NCBI GenBank assembly: GCA_050010515.1
Contig: JBEKKX010000013.1
Location: 47,330 to 111,329, forward strand
DNA: 64,000 bases
DNA from: Candidatus Bathyarchaeia archaeon
GTDB lineage: Archaea; Thermoproteota; Bathyarchaeia; Bathyarchaeales; Bathycorpusculaceae
Reading direction: 5' to 3'
Shown: positions 1-9,204 of the stretch, one piece after another
Position numbering within the stretch: position 1 is the first letter of the stretch
Layout of the letters: each line of letters opens with the position of its first letter
Notes under the pieces: model-generated
Told to the model about the DNA's origin: nothing
What the model saw: only the letters and a program-made list of their open reading frames with translations
Database searches by the model: none
Position numbers and translations under genes: made by a program

Positions 1-64
1 AAGTTCTCTAAAGTGTTATTTAAAGAGGCGTTGGCAAGTTTTATTATGCTGATGTGGGATACTT

Positions 65-322
65 ATGTTGAAAAACATGTCAACATCAAGGGTTGACCAA
101 AGATACAGAATAGTTATTGATAAAAAAACTAGAGCAAAAACTCACATTAAAGCAGGAGACGTAGTTGTCATTGAGCCGATTGATGACCACAGCTTCAAAG
201 TAAATGTTTTAGACTTCACATCAGAAAAACTTGAGGACGATCCAGCATGGCAAGTTATTCATAAACCAGCCAAAATCAGAAAGTACATTCCTCCAGAAAA
301 ACTCGAAGAGACAATGGAGTAA
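65..322 (+). CDS. AbrB/MazE/SpoVT-family DNA-binding protein (putative antitoxin)
   Basis: N-terminal swapped-hairpin pattern SRVDQRYRIVIDKKTRAKTHIKAGDVVVIE. Confidence 0.75.
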   Translation: MLKNMSTSRVDQRYRIVIDKKTRAKTHIKAGDVVVIEPIDDHSFKVNVLDFTSEKLEDDPAWQVIHKPAKIRKYIPPEKLEETME

Positions 323-380
323 ACGATTTAGCCACAACAGAAAAGCGAGCGCCTCGAAAAGTTTTGATTCCGTGTAACTT

Positions 381-619
381 TCAGCTTATTTTAGAAAGCA
401 GAAGCTTTGCGGTTTCTTTCTTAGATTTTGCGAGCTCCATGAAAGCGTTTAGAAGCCCTTTCTTTGAGGCATCAAGAATTTCAAGTGAAACAAGCTTGCC
501 CGATTTGTCGCAGCCTACAATTACGTCATTGTCAAGCAATTCTTCATCAGCTAATGCACTTCTTTGACCTTAACAGTAAGAACATCAGCTTCAGAATCAT
601 ACTTTATTATCAAAGCCAT
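381..619 (-). pseudogene. DUF2283-family protein (putative antitoxin), frameshifted
   Basis: Manual translation gives MALIIKYDSEADVLTVKVKE, then one base missing near 560, then ALADEELLDNDVIVGCDKSGKLVSLEILDASKKG...KIS*. The YD.EADVL and GKLVSLEILDAS motifs fit DUF2283; the length of 239 nt is not a multiple of 3. Confidence 0.75.
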
Positions 620-892
620 CTTCCTGACCGCTTCCTTTTCAAAATGACACGCTCAAGATTACTGCTATAGATCGCCGTTATTATAAATATATCCTCAACC
701 TTTGGCTCGTAGATTACAGCTAAATTACGGTTTAATCTAATTGCAATGTTTCGACCATTCTCAGAATCAAATAAGACCTCATCGGGCTTGAAAACTATGT
801 CCTCCAATACTTCTTTTGTTATGCCCAACTGAGAGTTCTTTGTCAAACTTATCTTCAATATGCTTGCTCCATCTCACGTTCAACTTTGACAA
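610..892 (-). pseudogene. DUF4258-family (RelE-like) putative toxin, frameshifted near 830
   Basis: The track ORF 610-858 gives GITKEVLEDIVFKPDEV...LAVIYE...IFIITAI...RSGRWL. The family-like N-terminus LSKLNVRWSKHIEDKFDKELS lies in another frame from a TTG at 892. It overlaps the DUF2283 start. Confidence 0.65.
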
Positions 893-970
893 AACCAATT
901 AGCTCCATGTCTTTTATGTTGTACGTTTTATCTTCTATTTAAAATTTGTAATTTTACGCTGCTTTCGCAT

Positions 971-1570
971 TTATGTTTCTTGATAGTCCTTTAATGCGTC
1001 GCCGAAAATACGTTTTAACTCTTTCTTCATAATGCTCGCATCATGCGTTAACCCGAAGTAATCCGCAAAATAATCAGTAGTCTTTAAAGACATTGAACGC
1101 CCGCTTCTTTCAGCCGCAATCAACCCCATATCCTTCAGCAGTTTCACGTGACCGTAAGCGTGTTGTCCCCTGACATCAATCACGCGTTTCTGAGAAACAG
1201 GCTGTCGGTAAGCGATGTAAGAGAGCGTTTTTAAGGGTCCGGAAGACAGCAGAGGTCTGTTCACAAGTTTCTTAATCAACGGTGTGAAGTCTGCTTTTAC
1301 CTGCAGGACGTAACGTTCATCTTTTAACGCCAAAATTTCAAGCGCCGTGTTCCTTGCAGCATATTCTTGTATTAGCGTGTCAGCGTATTTTTGGGCTTTC
1401 TTTTTTGAGCGGCTGCCTATGACTTGGCATAACTCGTTGAGGTCTAATGGGCGACCAGCCACGTACAGTGCAGCCTCTAACAGTGCTAAGCAATGAGCTT
1501 TCCGTTCGGCATCCTGCGCTTGCTCTGCATCAGGGTTTGAATTATCTGTTTGTTCCTTCGGCTTTTCCAA
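971..1570 (-). CDS. scpB: SMC-Scp complex subunit ScpB
   Basis: LEAALYVAGRPL, LKTLSYIAYRQPV, TTDYFADYFGL motifs; operon with scpA and smc. Confidence 0.95.
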   Translation of the reverse strand: MEKPKEQTDNSNPDAEQAQDAERKAHCLALLEAALYVAGRPLDLNELCQVIGSRSKKKAQKYADTLIQEYAARNTALEILALKDERYVLQVKADFTPLIKKLVNRPLLSSGPLKTLSYIAYRQPVSQKRVIDVRGQHAYGHVKLLKDMGLIAAERSGRSMSLKTTDYFADYFGLTHDASIMKKELKRIFGDALKDYQET

Positions 1571-2246
1571 CGTTCAGTTCCCCCACGGCAATGTATAGTT
1601 CTTCTGTTTCTTCGTTCTGCCATAAACTTACTTTGTCATCCTGTGCTAAAAACAAGAGGTAAATAAACATTCTTAATGCTTCAATTCTAGTTGCATCTTT
1701 CGATAAGGTTGAGAAATCGATTATGCCTACACCCTTTACTTTCTCGCATAAAATTGCGTACAGCGTATCAACCTGCAACTCAAGATCAGCGATAAACTTG
1801 TCAAACTGCGGCATCAAATCTGAAACCGATGGAAGAACAGGATGCTGCTCAACAACATGGTCAAGATGAAGCATTTTTTCACCCTTCAACACGTCGTCTA
1901 GGACTTCAAGCAAATGCTGAATGGTTGTTGAGGTTAACTCATGCCTCAATGGCAAGAACAAGGGTGGTGGAACAAAATCCTGCGGACCTTTAGGCGGCAG
2001 GGGCGCCTCTTGCAAGGTAAGCAGCAGTTTAGACTTCATTAAGTAAATTAAAGCGGAAGAATCCAATGCGACGCCTGAGGCTCGGAAATCAACCTTGTCT
2101 GTCCTCTCCATTTCAGTGAGAAAAGACCGTAGAAGGTAAGCTATGTTAACGTTCCACGGAGTAAGCTTCTCAAGTTTGTTTAATTCAAACAGTATGTTCC
2201 ACGGCGGTCGAAGGTAAAAGGGCCTTCTGATTGGCGTTGTGGACAT
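1542..2246 (-). CDS. scpA: Kleisin subunit ScpA
   Basis: PWNVNIAYLL, DFRASGVAL..SALIYLMKS, C-terminal FIYLLFLAQDDKVSLWQ; lies between smc and scpB. Confidence 0.9.
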   Translation of the reverse strand: MSTTPIRRPFYLRPPWNILFELNKLEKLTPWNVNIAYLLRSFLTEMERTDKVDFRASGVALDSSALIYLMKSKLLLTLQEAPLPPKGPQDFVPPPLFLPLRHELTSTTIQHLLEVLDDVLKGEKMLHLDHVVEQHPVLPSVSDLMPQFDKFIADLELQVDTLYAILCEKVKGVGIIDFSTLSKDATRIEALRMFIYLLFLAQDDKVSLWQNEETEELYIAVGELNVGKAEGTNR

Positions 2247-5200
2247 TTAGCTCGGTGCCTCCGCTGGGAACTTGGCGGTCACAACATTGGAGACTCCATT
2301 GAGTTCATAGACTCCATAGACTTTCTGTGCTTTGTTAACTATTTCAGGCCGCAGGCTGATTACGATAAACTGGATTTTTCCAGCTTCCTCAAGCAGCACT
2401 TCTGCAAGCTTTGCAGCATGGAAGGCATCTAAGTGCGCATCAACCTCGTCAAGAATGTAGAATGATGCAGGCGTAAACTCTTTTAGTGAAAATATGAAGC
2501 TGACTGCTGAAACTGAACGTTCGCCACCGCTTGCCCCACTCACAATAATCGCGGGCTTATTTGGGAACTGCACAACCATGTCTATGCCGCCAGCGAAGGG
2601 TTCATCAGGATTTTCAAGTTTTAACGTGGCTTCTCCTCCGCCAGTTAGTTTGGAAAAGTAAACTTTCATGCTGCTGTTGATTTTTTCGAAAGCGGTCATG
2701 AAAACCTTGCGTTTTTTAGCTTCAATATCATCCATGAACTGTACAATGGCTTGTTTTTCTCTTTCCAACTCATTTAAGCGAACAGATAATTCTCTGTACC
2801 GTGAAATCTGGTCTGAGTAATGGGAAAGGGCAAGCTGGTTTATGGCGCCTATTCTCTCAAGTTCAAACTGCATCATGCGAATGGTTGTTTCTGCTTCCTC
2901 AACCTGCTTCTGGCTTGTTTCTAAAGATTGTTCATAGCCAAACTGGCGAAGTTGGCTTTGAAGTTGCTGAAGACGAAGTTGGCTAGTTTCCATGCCCAGT
3001 TGCAGCTGGTTCAGAAGCCTTTCGGCCTGTTCATATTCTGAATCAAGCAACCGTACCTCAGCATCAATAACATCTATTTGTGAAGTGAACTTTTTGGATT
3101 CTTCACGTGCAGAAAAAACAGCATTTGAAAGTTCCACACGGCTTTTTTCTTGCTCATCTAGTTCTTTCCTGATTGATTCGCGTTCCGCTTGCGCTTCAGC
3201 AACTTCTTTCTCTATTTTTCTTTGCTGTTGCTCAACCTTAGCTATCTGTATCTTGATATTTTTATAGCCGTTTCTAAGGACTCTGTCAAATTGTGATTGG
3301 TAGGTTGAAATTTCCGTTTGAGTAGAGCCTGAGTTTTGGCGAAGCGTATTTACTTCTTCCCCGAGTTTTTCCCGTTGAACCTCGAGCTCTTGAATGTGTG
3401 TCACATCAGTTTTCAATCTTAAATTGGCTATGTCTGTATGCAGTTTCTGGAGCGCTTTTTGGATAGAATTCCGCTCATTCATGTACATGCTCATGCGGCC
3501 TTTGTAAGCTGCAGCTTCGCGGTCAAGTTTGCCGCCGTATTTTTCCGTATGCCGAATGTTGAATTGTGTTCTTTTAACGCCTCGTTTAATTCTCACTATT
3601 TCCCTGTCTAAAGTGGAGATGAATTCTGAAAGCCGTGTAATTTCAATTTTACTTCGCTCAATTTCTTCTTCAAGACCAGTAATGTCAGTTCCTCTTTGAG
3701 TGAGGTGCGTCTGGAGAGCGTTTACTGCTTCGTCTAAACTTTTTAATGCATTTTCGCTTGGAATAATTGTTGAAAAATCTATTGGCGCACGGTAATAGCC
3801 GCTTTCAAAAGCACCCGGCTCATACAAGTCACCGTTAACTGTAACTGCGCGGTAGCCTTCATTTGAAAGGGCAAAGGCTGCTTTATCGTTTGAGACAACT
3901 ACTGTGTCTCCGAAAACATAGTTAACAGCCATCTCAAAGGTGCTTTCATATGTCATGAAGCTTGAAAGGGCGCCTACTACGCCGTCTCGGCTGGGCGTTT
4001 CCTTGTTTTTAAGGTTGATTGCGCCTTGCAGCGGAATAATTTTTATTCTGCCCAGTTTCATGCGCCTAAGCGTTTCGGTACATGTGAAAGCTGAATCTAT
4101 GTTTGCTACAACTAAAGCATCAAGCCAACCTGTTGCCGCTGCTTCTATGGCTTTCTTGTAGTTTTTATCGATTTTTATTAGGTTGCGTAGTCTGCCGTGG
4201 ATACCTGTTATTGCGCCGACAATGCCCATTTCCTCTATGCTTCTTAGAGCTCTTTCTTCAGCAGCTATGGTTGCGGCAAGGTCTCTTTGAGTAGCAAATT
4301 CAATTACGGCGTCTTTAGCTGAACTAGCTATTCTTTCTGCTTCCGTGATTTCTTTTTCAACGGTTTCTTTTTGAATTTTTTTGCGTTCGATGGTGTGTTC
4401 AAGATTTTTAAACTGGTTTTTCTGGTCCTTTTGAACCTGCTCCAGCTCAGATAGTGACTTTTCGATTTCGAGTAGGCTAGTGAGAAATCTTTCTTTTCGC
4501 ACGTTTAAGTTTTTGATTCTCCCAGTGCAGAGCCTCAGTGCCGATTTGTCTTTTGTGTATTCTGAGCGTAAATACGCAAGTCGTTTAACATTATTTGCGA
4601 TTTCGGCTTCCATCGCTCGTATTTGCTGGTTGTTATCGCCGAGTCCTTCCCAAAGCTGGGCGGTTTCTTTTGCCAGCGCATCGTGTTCCAACTCTTTTTG
4701 TGCCATTTGGTCATTGATTTTTTCATGTTGACTGCGGAAAACTCGGATTTTTAAACGGTTTTCCCGTATCTCGTTTCTTATACTTTCTTGCTGATCAAGA
4801 TTGTTTTCTCTTACGCGCTTTAAGCTTTCAAAGCTAGCTTGCCCAGAACTTATTTTTGTTGATAACTCAGTTAGTTTAGATTTTAGCTCGCCAATAGTTA
4901 TTTGAACCTTAAGAACTTCTGAACCGCCTTCTTCAAGGTTTTCGCCGCTGAGTTTTCGCCATTCGCTTTCAATACCATGCCGTTTTGATCTGCGCAAGTC
5001 ACGTTGCTCTTTTAATTTGTCAACTCTGGCTTTAACTTTTTCAGTTTGGCTAGTTGCTTCATTAATTTTACTGTTTAATTGCGTTATGTCGTTTGAGATT
5101 TTAACTGCTTGGAACTTTTTAGTTTCACTCTGGATGAAATTATAGCGTAAAAGTTGATTGCGTTCACGTTCCAAATCATCAAGGCGCTTCTGTACTTCAT

Positions 5201-5798
5201 CTATTCTGCCCATGGCTGTGCGGATTGAAATGTCAGCAGTTCGCAGTTTTTCTTCTGCATCGGCCTTCTCCGAGTCGTACTGGGCTATTCCAACTAGGTC
5301 TTCGATGATTTTTCTGCGTTCAAGCGGGGTAATTTCTGTTAACCTAGTTATTGTGCCTTGAGGAACAATGTTCTGGCTCATACTGCTTATTGAAGCCATA
5401 GACAGAGTTTCTATAATATGCCCTCGTGACATTCTTCTGCCGTTTAAGCGGTAAACACTTTGCCCATTTTGGTAAACTTCACGTGAAATCGTAACAGTGG
5501 TTGTGTCAACCGGCATTATGCCATCAGAATTATCAAATTGAATAACAACCTTAGCCATTTTGACTTTCTCTTGCCCAGGTTTTTCTGAACCGCGAAAAAT
5601 CAGTTTAGCTGCGCTTTCAGCACGGAGCCTTCTTGTGCTCAGTTCCCCAAGCGAAAAAAGCACTGCATCCATAATGTTGGTTTTTCCACTTCCGTTTGGG
5701 CCAGTTATGGCTGTGAAGCCCTTATCTAAAGTTACCTTGATGGTCTGTGGCCCAAAAGACTTAAAGCCTTTTAACTCGATTTTTTTTATGTAGGGCAT
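2247..5798 (-). CDS. smc: Chromosome segregation protein SMC
   Basis: 1183 aa; GPNGSGKTN Walker A, coiled coils, hinge with GDTVVV and VTVNGDLYEPG, SGGE signature, LDEVDAHLD Walker B. Confidence 0.98.
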   Translation of the reverse strand: MPYIKKIELKGFKSFGPQTIKVTLDKGFTAITGPNGSGKTNIMDAVLFSLGELSTRRLRAESAAKLIFRGSEKPGQEKVKMAKVVIQFDNSDGIMPVDTTTVTISREVYQNGQSVYRLNGRRMSRGHIIETLSMASISSMSQNIVPQGTITRLTEITPLERRKIIEDLVGIAQYDSEKADAEEKLRTADISIRTAMGRIDEVQKRLDDLERERNQLLRYNFIQSETKKFQAVKISNDITQLNSKINEATSQTEKVKARVDKLKEQRDLRRSKRHGIESEWRKLSGENLEEGGSEVLKVQITIGELKSKLTELSTKISSGQASFESLKRVRENNLDQQESIRNEIRENRLKIRVFRSQHEKINDQMAQKELEHDALAKETAQLWEGLGDNNQQIRAMEAEIANNVKRLAYLRSEYTKDKSALRLCTGRIKNLNVRKERFLTSLLEIEKSLSELEQVQKDQKNQFKNLEHTIERKKIQKETVEKEITEAERIASSAKDAVIEFATQRDLAATIAAEERALRSIEEMGIVGAITGIHGRLRNLIKIDKNYKKAIEAAATGWLDALVVANIDSAFTCTETLRRMKLGRIKIIPLQGAINLKNKETPSRDGVVGALSSFMTYESTFEMAVNYVFGDTVVVSNDKAAFALSNEGYRAVTVNGDLYEPGAFESGYYRAPIDFSTIIPSENALKSLDEAVNALQTHLTQRGTDITGLEEEIERSKIEITRLSEFISTLDREIVRIKRGVKRTQFNIRHTEKYGGKLDREAAAYKGRMSMYMNERNSIQKALQKLHTDIANLRLKTDVTHIQELEVQREKLGEEVNTLRQNSGSTQTEISTYQSQFDRVLRNGYKNIKIQIAKVEQQQRKIEKEVAEAQAERESIRKELDEQEKSRVELSNAVFSAREESKKFTSQIDVIDAEVRLLDSEYEQAERLLNQLQLGMETSQLRLQQLQSQLRQFGYEQSLETSQKQVEEAETTIRMMQFELERIGAINQLALSHYSDQISRYRELSVRLNELEREKQAIVQFMDDIEAKKRKVFMTAFEKINSSMKVYFSKLTGGGEATLKLENPDEPFAGGIDMVVQFPNKPAIIVSGASGGERSVSAVSFIFSLKEFTPASFYILDEVDAHLDAFHAAKLAEVLLEEAGKIQFIVISLRPEIVNKAQKVYGVYELNGVSNVVTAKFPAEAPS

Positions 5799-5969
5799 TT
5801 AGTCTTTATCCTCACGGTAAGCAATGTATATTATTTTATTTTAACATCTCATCAACATACGTATAAAAGCTTATAGCATTTGGTCAGAGTTTACACTTAT
5901 AGATTGTAAAATCATCCTGTTTTTATCTGGAAAAATGCCAGATTTTGTGGCGCTGACTTGTGTGAGAAT

Positions 5970-6704
5970 TTACTTCCATTTTGTCAGTATCTCCTCCCTG
6001 CGGAAAGTGGCTACGCTGAAGTAGAATAGAGCCAAATCAACAATCAGAATGGCACCGGAAATGATCAGCAGGTTACCTGTGTTGAGTGTTATCACGCCTA
6101 TCTCGCCCGCGAGGTAAATGACCATAAACGGTATGAACATCAGACCCCCGATTGAGTTGGCAGACCGTACATCACTCACTCTTGATGAGGCGATTACGCT
6201 TAATTCTATGCTCAATATTGCAGCGATGGGAATAAGGAGGAAGATAACCCCGATGCTCCAATCAGGATAGATTAGGTAACCCAGCGTGTTAGAGGTTAAT
6301 CTGTCCATGAGCACCATAAAGATTGAAAGCCCCGCCCAAGATGCCGCGATAGGCGGTATGAACGCCGCGATGCTCTTTCCCAGCAGTATCTCTCCGTCAG
6401 TAGTAGGAGTTGCCAGAAGTGGTTCCAGGCTCTTCTCAACCTTTTCGCCTACTATGGCATAAGAGGCAATCGCGCTAGGAAGGACAGCTGCTGCAATCAC
6501 GAAAAAGAACGAGAATGCGTTTAGCAGCCCTGGAAGATAAGATCCTGGGATTCCCCCATTTTTCCCTTCAGCGTAAATGATGACCAGCGGAAAAAGAACG
6601 TCGAGAAGCAGGGGGAAAAGTATAGTTCCGTAGATGATGCTTTTCTTTCTCCTGAATATCTTGAGTTCTTTTGATGCAATAATCCATGATGTACTCAGGT
6701 TCAT
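5970..6704 (-). CDS. ABC-2 type transporter permease
   Basis: Multi-pass membrane protein with IVGEKVEKSLEPLLATP motif; coupled to an ABC ATPase. Confidence 0.9.
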   Translation of the reverse strand: MNLSTSWIIASKELKIFRRKKSIIYGTILFPLLLDVLFPLVIIYAEGKNGGIPGSYLPGLLNAFSFFFVIAAAVLPSAIASYAIVGEKVEKSLEPLLATPTTDGEILLGKSIAAFIPPIAASWAGLSIFMVLMDRLTSNTLGYLIYPDWSIGVIFLLIPIAAILSIELSVIASSRVSDVRSANSIGGLMFIPFMVIYLAGEIGVITLNTGNLLIISGAILIVDLALFYFSVATFRREEILTKWK

Positions 6705-7630
6705 TCTTTTTCCCTCACAAGTTTTAGGTACGCTTCTTCCAAACTTGAACGTGACACCGAGACAGTTTGAACATTGCCCCCTGCCTCAACAATTGCTCGG
6801 ACAATGACAGGATTTTCCTTGTATGGATCAGCGAGCTCGAACGTTAGTTTGCTCTCATCACGAGATATTTTTCCAAGCGATAGTTTCTTCAACGAATTTA
6901 GAATAACATCGTTTACTTGTTCTAACTGAATCTCGGTTCTCCTAGCACCAATCGAGTGCTCAAGGTCTTCAGGAGTTCCGATTGCCATTAACTTAGTGTT
7001 CAATATCCCAATTCGATCACAGATTCTTTGTGCCTCGTCTAGGTTGTGCGTGTTTAGAAAAATAGTCTTCTTCTCGCGTTTCAGCTCAAGAATAAATTCT
7101 CTGACTGTTTTTGCTGATTCTGGGTCGAGGTTTACAGTCGGCTCATCCATAAATAGAATTTCTGGATCATGAATGAGGGCACGCGCTATCGCAAGCTTTT
7201 GTTTCATTCCCTTGGAAAATGTTCCGGCCATAACGTCCTTCTTTTCCCATAGCCCCAACATCATGAGAAAGCGCTTAATGTTTTCCTTCCTCTGACTTTC
7301 TGTACATCTGGATAGCTTCCCGTAAAAGTCCAGGTTCTCATAAGCCGTTAAATCATCATAGAGACCCACATTATCTGGGACTAATCCAATAATTTTTCTT
7401 ATTTTTAAGGCGTCCGCCTCGTTCCCGACTTCATAGTCTGCAATTCTTGCCGTGCCGCTGGTCTTTGATATTAAGCAACACAGCATCCTCACAGTCGTGG
7501 TTTTTCCGGCGCCGTTGGGTCCAAGAAAACCGAAAACCTCGCCCTCTTCAACATGCAAATTAAGATTTTCAACAGCAGTTAAATTGCCAAATTTCCTTGT
7601 CAGATTTTCAGTATCAATCACTGCGGTCAC
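6701..7630 (-). CDS. ABC transporter ATP-binding protein
   Basis: GPNGAGKTT, FSKGMKQK, ILFMDEPT. Confidence 0.95.
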   Translation of the reverse strand: MTAVIDTENLTRKFGNLTAVENLNLHVEEGEVFGFLGPNGAGKTTTVRMLCCLISKTSGTARIADYEVGNEADALKIRKIIGLVPDNVGLYDDLTAYENLDFYGKLSRCTESQRKENIKRFLMMLGLWEKKDVMAGTFSKGMKQKLAIARALIHDPEILFMDEPTVNLDPESAKTVREFILELKREKKTIFLNTHNLDEAQRICDRIGILNTKLMAIGTPEDLEHSIGARRTEIQLEQVNDVILNSLKKLSLGKISRDESKLTFELADPYKENPVIVRAIVEAGGNVQTVSVSRSSLEEAYLKLVREKE

Positions 7631-7880
7631 CGAAGGATTAGCGCTATTTCCACGCTGTCTTTAGTGACTCTGAATCATTTGTTATATAAGCTTTCAAGCG
7701 GATATGATAGCTTTTTTTCCAATAAAACTAAACGGCAACATTCCGATACTATATACCACAATTCCTAGTATACTCAAAATGAATTCAACCTACAAGTTTA
7801 ACAGGGATTACTGAAAGAATATAAACAGAAAATTAATATTAGGCGCATGTGCAAAGGTTTAGGAAACGTTGGTGGCGTAA

Positions 7881-8087
7881 ATGAGTTTTGGAACAAAAGT
7901 CTTTAGTGGTGTTCAAGAAGTGTTTATTTTAGCGTTAATGATTGTGGCTGTTTTTGGGCTTTTCTATGTTGACATGAGCATCATGTACAAGGTTGGCATT
8001 GCAGTAATAGTGTTCTCAGTAATCTTCCTAATGACATTGGCAACTCAAATTCTAAGGCAACAAAAAGAAACTAAGCCTGCTGCCTAA
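7881..8087 (+). CDS. Small two-helix membrane protein, unknown function
   Basis: Two hydrophobic segments, GGTGG RBS-like motif upstream, T-rich tract downstream. Confidence 0.7.
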   Translation: MSFGTKVFSGVQEVFILALMIVAVFGLFYVDMSIMYKVGIAVIVFSVIFLMTLATQILRQQKETKPAA

Positions 8088-8210
8088 AAATTAACGTTTT
8101 TTCACTTTCACTCTACCCTCCCCTGTTCCGCAATGTCGTTTCTACGATGCTTTAAAAAGGGTTAGAAGCGTACTTGCTGCTTCGTCTATGAACAGGGAGA
8201 GCAAAATAGA

Positions 8211-8930
8211 ATGTCTCAAAATTTAATTGTCAAACCTACAATGGCTCAACCACTATTTTCTTTAAACATGCCCGGTGTAGACGAGCTTTTTCCAGGATTT
8301 GCGCCAGGCGACTTCGCCGTGCTTTATGGGTCGCCATCAGTTATTTCGTTAACTTCTCTACTCTGCATAAGAGCGCAGTTGCCAGTGCAGCTTGGAGGCT
8401 TAGGAAGCAACGTTGTCTTTATTGACGGCGGAAACACGTTTAGACTCTACAAAATCGCCCGTTTAGCCCAACTTCACCAGCTTAACCCAAGGCAAGTGCT
8501 TGAACGCATCTTTATTTCAAGAGCATTCACAGCTTACCAGTTAACTTCTCTTATACTTGATAAACTAGAAGAAACCATAAAAAATTACAATGCCAAACTC
8601 GTGGTCATTTCAGACATAGCAGGATTCTTTTTAGACAATGACATTCCACATGAAGAAGCCCAAAGAGTCTACAGCCAAGTCGTCAGTTACCTTTCAAGCT
8701 TTGCGAGAAAACACCAAATCGTCCTAATCGCAACTTACCTTCCCTACTCTGACAACCGAAGAAACAGTTTACTTCAAGAAATAACCTGCTCAAAAGCAAA
8801 CACAGTATTATCCTTCAGCAAAACCACCTACACACGAGAAGTAACATTAGAGAAGCATCCATTTTTCGTTTTAGGCACCGCTGAACTTCCATCCGAAAAC
8901 CTGACACTAACCGACTTCATGGGCGCTTGA
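8211..8930 (+). CDS. RadA/Rad51-like protein with degenerate Walker A, PolB2-associated
   Basis: QLPVQLGGLGSNVVFIDGGNTF and LERIFISRAFTAYQL are RadA motifs; the P-loop reads LYGSPSVISLT with no GK[ST]. Confidence 0.85.
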   Translation: MSQNLIVKPTMAQPLFSLNMPGVDELFPGFAPGDFAVLYGSPSVISLTSLLCIRAQLPVQLGGLGSNVVFIDGGNTFRLYKIARLAQLHQLNPRQVLERIFISRAFTAYQLTSLILDKLEETIKNYNAKLVVISDIAGFFLDNDIPHEEAQRVYSQVVSYLSSFARKHQIVLIATYLPYSDNRRNSLLQEITCSKANTVLSFSKTTYTREVTLEKHPFFVLGTAELPSENLTLTDFMGA

Positions 8931-8931
8931 C

Positions 8932-9204
8932 GTGGGTAAAACAGTTGAATCATACCGCATGGCAATTGAAGACGAAATACGCCGCTGGAACGGTTTTGCA
9001 AAAGCACTCCGCAAAGAAGACAGAGAAGCCTTCGACATACTGATAGATGCATGCAGAAGCTACGCGTAAGCAGGAAGCAACGCCACTCAACCGTTACCTT
9101 TTGAACCAATGATAATGTCAATGCTGGTCTCACAGCAAATCCGCTTGCAACGGCTACAGAAGGAATTAGATGACATCAAGCAAAAGCAGCACGGCGGCTC
9201 CTAA
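8932..9204 (+). pseudogene. arCOG07300-like small helical protein of PolB2 operons, with in-frame TAA at 9067-9069
   Basis: Manual translation from GTG: MGKTVESYRMAIEDEIRRWNGFAKALRKEDREAFDILIDACRSYA*AGSNATQPLPFEPMIMSMLVSQQIRLQRLQKELDDIKQKQHGGS; lies between the RadA-like gene and polB2. Confidence 0.8.

Noticed and set aside
9067-9069. Recoding of the internal stop in the arCOG07300-like gene
   Set aside because: The codon is TAA, not TGA (Sec) or TAG (Pyl), and TAA ends many genes here; a point mutation from TCA is simpler
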